A stretch of DNA of 13,793 nt from NCBI GenBank assembly GCA_001179505.1, contig CDMY01000874.1, forward strand, positions 1 through 13,793, written 5' to 3'. Within the stretch, counting starts at the first letter, position 1, and the number at the start of each line of letters is the position of its first letter. Positions 10,184 to 13,793 of the stretch are shown piece by piece. Below the pieces are notes generated by a model. The model did no database searches, was not told the origin of the DNA, and saw only the letters and a list, made by a program, of their open reading frames with translations. The stretch comes from Vitrella brassicaformis CCMP3155. Taxonomy: Eukaryota; Protista; Chromerida. The translations under genes and the position numbers were made by a program.

Positions 10184-11717
10184 TCAGGGGCGAAGGGAGG
10201 GCCAGGGCATGGATGCAGGGCGGCCAGGAGGGGGGCCGAGTGGGGGCGGCTGGGGAGGGGGGCCGCTTTGTTGCTCCTCTTCGCCCTCGAACGGCCTGGA
10301 CATACATAGAACCAAAGAAAGAAAAGGACAGACCCACATGAATGAAGATGATCCTCACTGACTCACTGACTCACTCACTCACTCACAGGATTGTCAAAAG
10401 CTTGAACTCCATGAAGCCATCTTGGACACGGCTCATGCAGGTATCCAAGAGCGGCGCGGGCACGATGACTCGCCGCGTCTCATGTGAAGTCGCATGTCCA
10501 TCAGGACCTCCCTCAGCCACGCGGTTGACACATGCTCATGGCTCCACGGCCCCCACACCCACCCGTACGTGTACAGGTCACGTAAATGACGCCTCACTCT
10601 GGTGCACTCGTCGACTTTGTCGGTCCCGTTAAAGCCATCATTCCAATGCGCAGCGGCAAATTCGACGTGCCGGTCCCACGTCGGTTTTTCCCCAGTGCCA
10701 TTGTGCACGACTGGCTGATATACGCCGGATGGATAGAGAATGAAGCCCTCATGGGTTTCCCTGTAAGACCACCATGTCAAAAAGTAACACACCAAGTGAA
10801 CAGAAAGGCTCATCCTGCCCGAGAGACCGACCGCTCAGAACCGTCCGGCAATCGCTTACTTACCGGGTGGCCACTAGCTTCATCTCGGCGAAATGCCCCA
10901 CTCCTCCGCAGCGACTCGATCCCGACCTCACAGCGACATTTCGCACCTCATTGACCCGCATGTCAGTCAACATCTCTTGGACCCACTGAGGCAGAGTGGC
11001 CACACAAACATACTCCCCACGCCGGTCGACTATCTTGGTGCGGTTGCCCTCCGAGTCATAACACCACTCGATGTAGTCGTGAACGGTCGTCTGGTCTGGC
11101 GTGGGTTTTGGCCCTGATCCCTTCTCTAGCACTTGATAGAACGTTCCAGAAGGCGACCGAATGAACACATTGCTGGCGTTGTGGCCGTCGGCGCCTGTCA
11201 CCTTGGCAGCAGCTGCTCCTGTGTGTGGCCCGTGAGACCCCGCAGATGACCTGACAACGCAGCGCAGCCAACCACGTGGAGAACGAAAAAATGCATTGGT
11301 CGGTCGTCTGTGTGTCCTCGGGTCTGCCACAAACCTACCCGTGATCGCGGTACAACATGACGGCCGCGGCATCCTCTCTCCGCACAGGCCGCAGCTCACC
11401 GTCAATCTTGACTGCATATCCACCATGGCCGTCGGCATATACGTCCAGCCAACCGACTGGACGGTCCTTCGTGTATGGGGCCCTGCACACACGCACGCAG
11501 ACACACACGCACGTGCATCCCACTGTTCGGCTCGTGGGGTCCTCACCGAGTGCGGACGAGATCTGTCGCCGTTTCCGTTCTGTCTGTCCGCTCCCTCGTT
11601 GGAGCTGCTCTCAGCCTCTCTGTGTGTCTGTGGGCACCCTGCCAAGGCGCATGTGGCGCCAGGAAGGCTCCACCAGCGGCCCACGGCACCAACAGGATAA
11701 CAAACAGCCACGGACAT
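10184..11717 (-). pseudogene. Protein with bipartite (signal + transit-like) leader, two tandem degenerate FKBP-like domains and a Pro-rich tail; two frameshifts (pseudogene or assembly errors)
   Basis: Exons about 11717-11547, 11482-11339, 11250-10864, 10760-10387, 10295-10184, all joined by phase-2 GT-AG introns. Domain 1: SPSGTFYQVLEKGSGPKPTPDQTTVHDY...IVD...LPQWVQEMLTDMRVNEVR...FAEMKLVAT. Domain 2: YPSGVYQPVVHNGTGEKPTWDRHVEF...WLREVLMDMRL[+CA at 10486-10485]HETRRVIVP...FMEFKLLTI. Tail: PFEGEEEQQSGPPPQPPPLGPPPG...*. The leader WLFVILLVPWAAGGA-FLAP is 1 nt out of frame with ATG 11717 (and with ATG 11732). Confidence 0.75.
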
Positions 11718-11799
11718 ATCTCAACAGGGCATGTTGATGAACCAGGGCTCGCCGCTATACGGTTTCTTCTTTCTTTTCCGTTTCTCCTTTTCCTTCGTT

Positions 11800-12834
11800 T
11801 CTATTCTCTTCATCCGGCTACGACCGAGGTCGCCTTATCACACACCTATCTGCAGGCAGGCAGGCAGGCAGGCACACCGACACAGCACGGAAAATGAATG
11901 AACGAGTGGAATGGATGGCGTGTGCGAACCTAGCAGCGTCTTGTGTAAGTACGCTATGATCTTCCTGTCTGGCTTATTCTCATCTCCATGTACGTCTTGG
12001 TACCTGTTTGCTTGCGTGTGTCGATGCATTGCATGGCTGGTGTGCAGCAGTGTGGCTTAACGAGGGCCTGCATACCATCAGCACACACACACAGGTCGAT
12101 TGCCTTTCCGCCTCTCCTTGTGAGTGATGTGTCGAGGTCTCTGCGTACCTGTGGATGGTGGTGTGACGCCCTTGTCGCCCTTGACGCCTGCCCTTGTGGT
12201 GATGTCAGCTCGCAGATCGACATGAGCGAAAACGCCGGTGAGGACCTTTCCTGTAGTTAGCTGAATAGAGGATCTGCTGGGCGGTAAGTCCCAGAGTAAG
12301 AGTGCTTTTACCTTAGTAAGCCCGATGGACTGGCCAGTCAGTCAAAGTTGTTTCTGTCCATGTATGGCATCATGAAGGGTGGTCAACACAGATCTCACTT
12401 CGGTGATGGCTGATAAGTTCGTGTCTCCTCAGAATGCTTTCCTTCTCTTTCCTTATCTTCTCCTCTTCCACCTCTCTCTCTCCGTTACACAGCAATCTAC
12501 CCTAGCTTACAAGCTCGCAGTGGTTCGTCTTGCCAAGCTGGCAATCCTGACACGACATCGCCGCATTACCTCACTTGCCGAGCGTGTCCCCTTGCCGGTT
12601 GAAGCCGATCTTTGGCTTCGGACGCACGTGAAACGAACGAGGAGCTGACCGTTGGTGTGTCGTTTCCTCCAGGCCTCCAATCCTGTCGGATTGTGTTATC
12701 TTTCTGCTGGACCATCCCTGCCGACTCTTGTGTCATCTTTCTGCTGGACCATCCCTGCCGACTCACGAGTGCAGCGCTCCATGACCTTTACGCTCGCTGT
12801 TGGTGCTCCCCTCTCTCAGATCTTCAGAAGCGGC
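11800..12834. promoter_or_regulatory. Probable bidirectional promoter / 5'-UTR region between the divergent FKBP-like and NTPase genes
   Basis: Inferred from the head-to-head gene arrangement, lack of convincing coding sequence, pyrimidine-rich tracts, and probable 5'-UTR acceptors (cctgcag at about 11850 on -, ctctcag at about 12819 on +). No specific core elements identified. Confidence 0.4.
12691..12764 (+). repeat. Tandem duplication, 2 x 37 bp (ttgtgtYatctttctgctggaccatccctgccgactc)
   Basis: Copies at 12691-12727 and 12728-12764 differ by one base and have no spacer. Confidence 0.95.
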
Positions 12835-13770
12835 ATGATGATTTCGGCATCGTCTCTGCTGCTTGCGTGCTTCCTGATGGTCCAGATGGCCACCGGCTCT
12901 TTGGTTGCTTTTCATACTCATCGAGCCCATGCGGCAAAGGCGCAGGCTAGGGCGATGCCTGGGTGGGCACGGCGGCGATCTCGGCTCTCTTCTCACATGA
13001 GGATGAGTCAAGAGGGTGAGTGAGCGACCAAGGGGGAAGAGCAGACGAGCGGCATTGCCCCTCACACACCGCTGTGTGTTGTCTGCGCATGTGTGTGTCA
13101 AATGCAGGTAGGCTGCGTGTGACGCCTGACGGCTTGGTGCCCCTCAAAGACCTCAACGAGCTGTCGCTCAGAGAACAGTCGCTCAGAGAACAGTCACCGT
13201 CGCCGTCGTCGGAGGAGCTCGTGCCTTCCATCAATCTCGTTAGCATCGATCCCGCTTACTTCATTGGTGACAAGGATCTCAGCGAAGTGGTCAGCGACAT
13301 CATGCGGTGGTACAAGGATTCCGACAGCTCTCTTGGGTCATCAGATCGGATTCCACTCATGTCGTAAGCACTCAAAAGTGCCAAAACACACACACACACA
13401 CACACATGCACACACGCCTCTTCTCTCTCCTGTTGCAATGCTGCATGTGCTTGCAGTCTTACCCGCCACCCCCGCGGAGGCAAGACCCGGTTTCTGAAGG
13501 AGATTGGGCGCCGGCTCCGCGACAAGGAGAAAGTGCCCTCCATCAGAATCACTTTCAACGATCGGACTTCGTACCAGAGAGTGGAGAAGACCCTATCGCT
13601 GGAACAGCGGCTGCTCAAGCGAATCGGCTGGTCGGTGGCCACCGATGAGACGCGCCGTCTTGTGGGCAACGACTTCGAGCGATGGATGGAGACGGTGGAC
13701 GTGCCGGACAAGACGATAAAGGAGTGGCTGGGTGACGGCGGCTGTGTGCTCCTCATCGATGAGATGAACA
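12835..13770 (+). CDS. 5' part of a P-loop NTPase (Crinkler/CR-effector-like NTPase signature) with N-terminal signal peptide plus transit-peptide-like leader; runs off the window
   Basis: Exons 12835-13015, 13108-13363, 13457-13770. Donors G|GTGAGT, TC|GTAAGC and A|GTAAGT and acceptors aatgcag and cttgcag; phases 1 and 2 are consistent. Translation: MMISASSLLLACFLMVQMATGSLVA-FHTHRAH...MRMSQEG...IPLMSLTRHPRGGKTRFLKEIG...IRITFND...KEWLGDGGCVLLIDEMN. Walker A variant RxxRGGKT and Walker B hhhhDE. Confidence 0.82.
13163..13192 (+). repeat. In-frame 15-bp coding tandem duplication (SLREQ x2)
   Basis: gtcgctcagagaaca occurs twice consecutively inside exon 2 of the NTPase gene. Confidence 0.95.
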
Positions 13771-13793
13771 GTAAGTGGGTGGGTGACACCATG

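Noticed and set aside
10860-11717. 285-aa unspliced ORF as the FKBP-like protein
   Set aside because: It reads through two clear GT-AG introns (11546-11483 with a GT-repeat tract, and 11338-11251). The spliced frame gives a far more protein-like leader and exon 2.
10184-11717. The +1 and +2 frameshifts sum to +3, suggesting a compensated alternative frame
   Set aside because: After splicing, the shifted frame hits a TGA in exon 2, so no compensated product exists. The sum is a coincidence.
12691-12764. 37-bp direct repeat as a CRISPR-like array
   Set aside because: Only two adjacent copies, no spacer, eukaryotic context and no cas genes.
1-13793. tRNA, rRNA, transposase or reverse transcriptase
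   Set aside because: No cloverleaf, rRNA-like segment, terminal inverted repeats or DDE/RT motifs were recognised by eye. A covariance-model search (Infernal/tRNAscan) would be needed to exclude small ncRNAs.

Overview
Intron-rich, GC-rich eukaryotic genomic DNA with short GT-AG introns full of (GACA)n, (GGCA)n, (CCAT)n and (CA)n microsatellites and a 300-N assembly gap. The style suggests a chromerid alveolate such as Vitrella (inference). The ORF track is mostly misleading because the genes are spliced. Manual splicing gives five genes: (1) the 3' end of an unknown + strand gene (253-626); (2) a 12-exon, about 1199-aa PH-domain + CAMK-group Ser/Thr kinase on the - strand (8533-4007); (3) a two-exon, probably secreted 14-Cys protein on the + strand (8663-9260) whose signal peptide is split by a 1-nt frameshift, sitting head-to-head with the kinase or inside its first intron; (4) a five-exon - strand gene with a bipartite (plastid-type) presequence and two tandem degenerate FKBP-like domains, carrying two frameshifts (11717-10184); (5) divergently, the 5' part of a + strand gene with a signal peptide and an F-initiated transit-peptide-like leader followed by an atypical P-loop NTPase (RHPRGGKT / LLIDE) resembling Crinkler-class effector NTPases (12835 to beyond the window end). 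No RNA genes, CRISPR arrays or recognisable transposases were seen.
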